A stretch of DNA of 64,000 nt, taken from Raillietiella orientalis (Eukaryota). Positions 63,781 to 64,000 of the stretch are shown piece by piece; the stretch's first letter is position 1; each line of letters starts with the position of its first letter. The notes under the pieces are model-generated. The model was not told the DNA's origin and made no database searches. It saw only the letters and a list, made by a program, of their open reading frames with translations. The DNA is taken from contig JAYWIR010000002.1 of the NCBI GenBank assembly GCA_036172245.1, positions 2,542,001-2,606,000 on the forward strand, read 5' to 3'. Made by a program: the position numbers and the translations under genes.

Positions 63781-64000
63781 AGCGCCTCGGAAAATGAACT
63801 GAAAAATTGTAGAGGGATAGTACTGTCCGGAAAGGAAGATTTCATTTAAAAAGGCTCCGGATCACTAAAGAAATGCAAGGGATGGACTTTTCACAGCTTC
63901 CACATTTCATGACCCTCCCAGTTGTGTCCGTTCTTACGGGGGAAGGGCATCCGGCCTGTCACTAGGACTGGAGAATGGGGAAAGTGAGGAGGGGTTGTCA

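Noticed and set aside
44800-63800. Dense overlapping 60-200 aa ORFs as protein-coding genes
   Set aside because: Arg/Pro/Ser/Gly-rich in all six frames, typical of GC-rich non-coding DNA; the only motifs found are broken retroelement pieces.

Overview
Eukaryotic genomic DNA, most likely from an invertebrate animal, in two contrasting domains. Bases 1-26,500 are AT-rich and gene-bearing. They hold a complete 15-exon DHX36 (G4 resolvase) gene on the minus strand (975 aa by manual splicing; 10 of 14 introns only 39-55 nt) and a complete 8-exon gamma-butyrobetaine dioxygenase-like gene (minus, 435 aa, presequence-like N-terminus). They also hold a degraded Artemis/SNM1-like nuclease locus split by a 5'-truncated L1/Tx1-like retrotransposon, a Tigger transposase remnant and a possible orphan spliced gene. 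Bases 26,600-64,000 are GC/CpG-rich with no intact gene I can recognise: most ORF-track calls there are noise over heavily decayed Ty3/Gypsy and L1/Tx1 fragments, identified by eye from residual motifs only. The most unusual unexplained structure is a ~40-nt-period array of GC-rich hairpins (core CCC-GAA-GGG, pyrimidine-rich linkers) present as two diverged copies (41.05-41.58 kb and 51.91-52.31 kb) with different flanks and at least one compensatory base-pair change. All calls are manual; no database searches were run.
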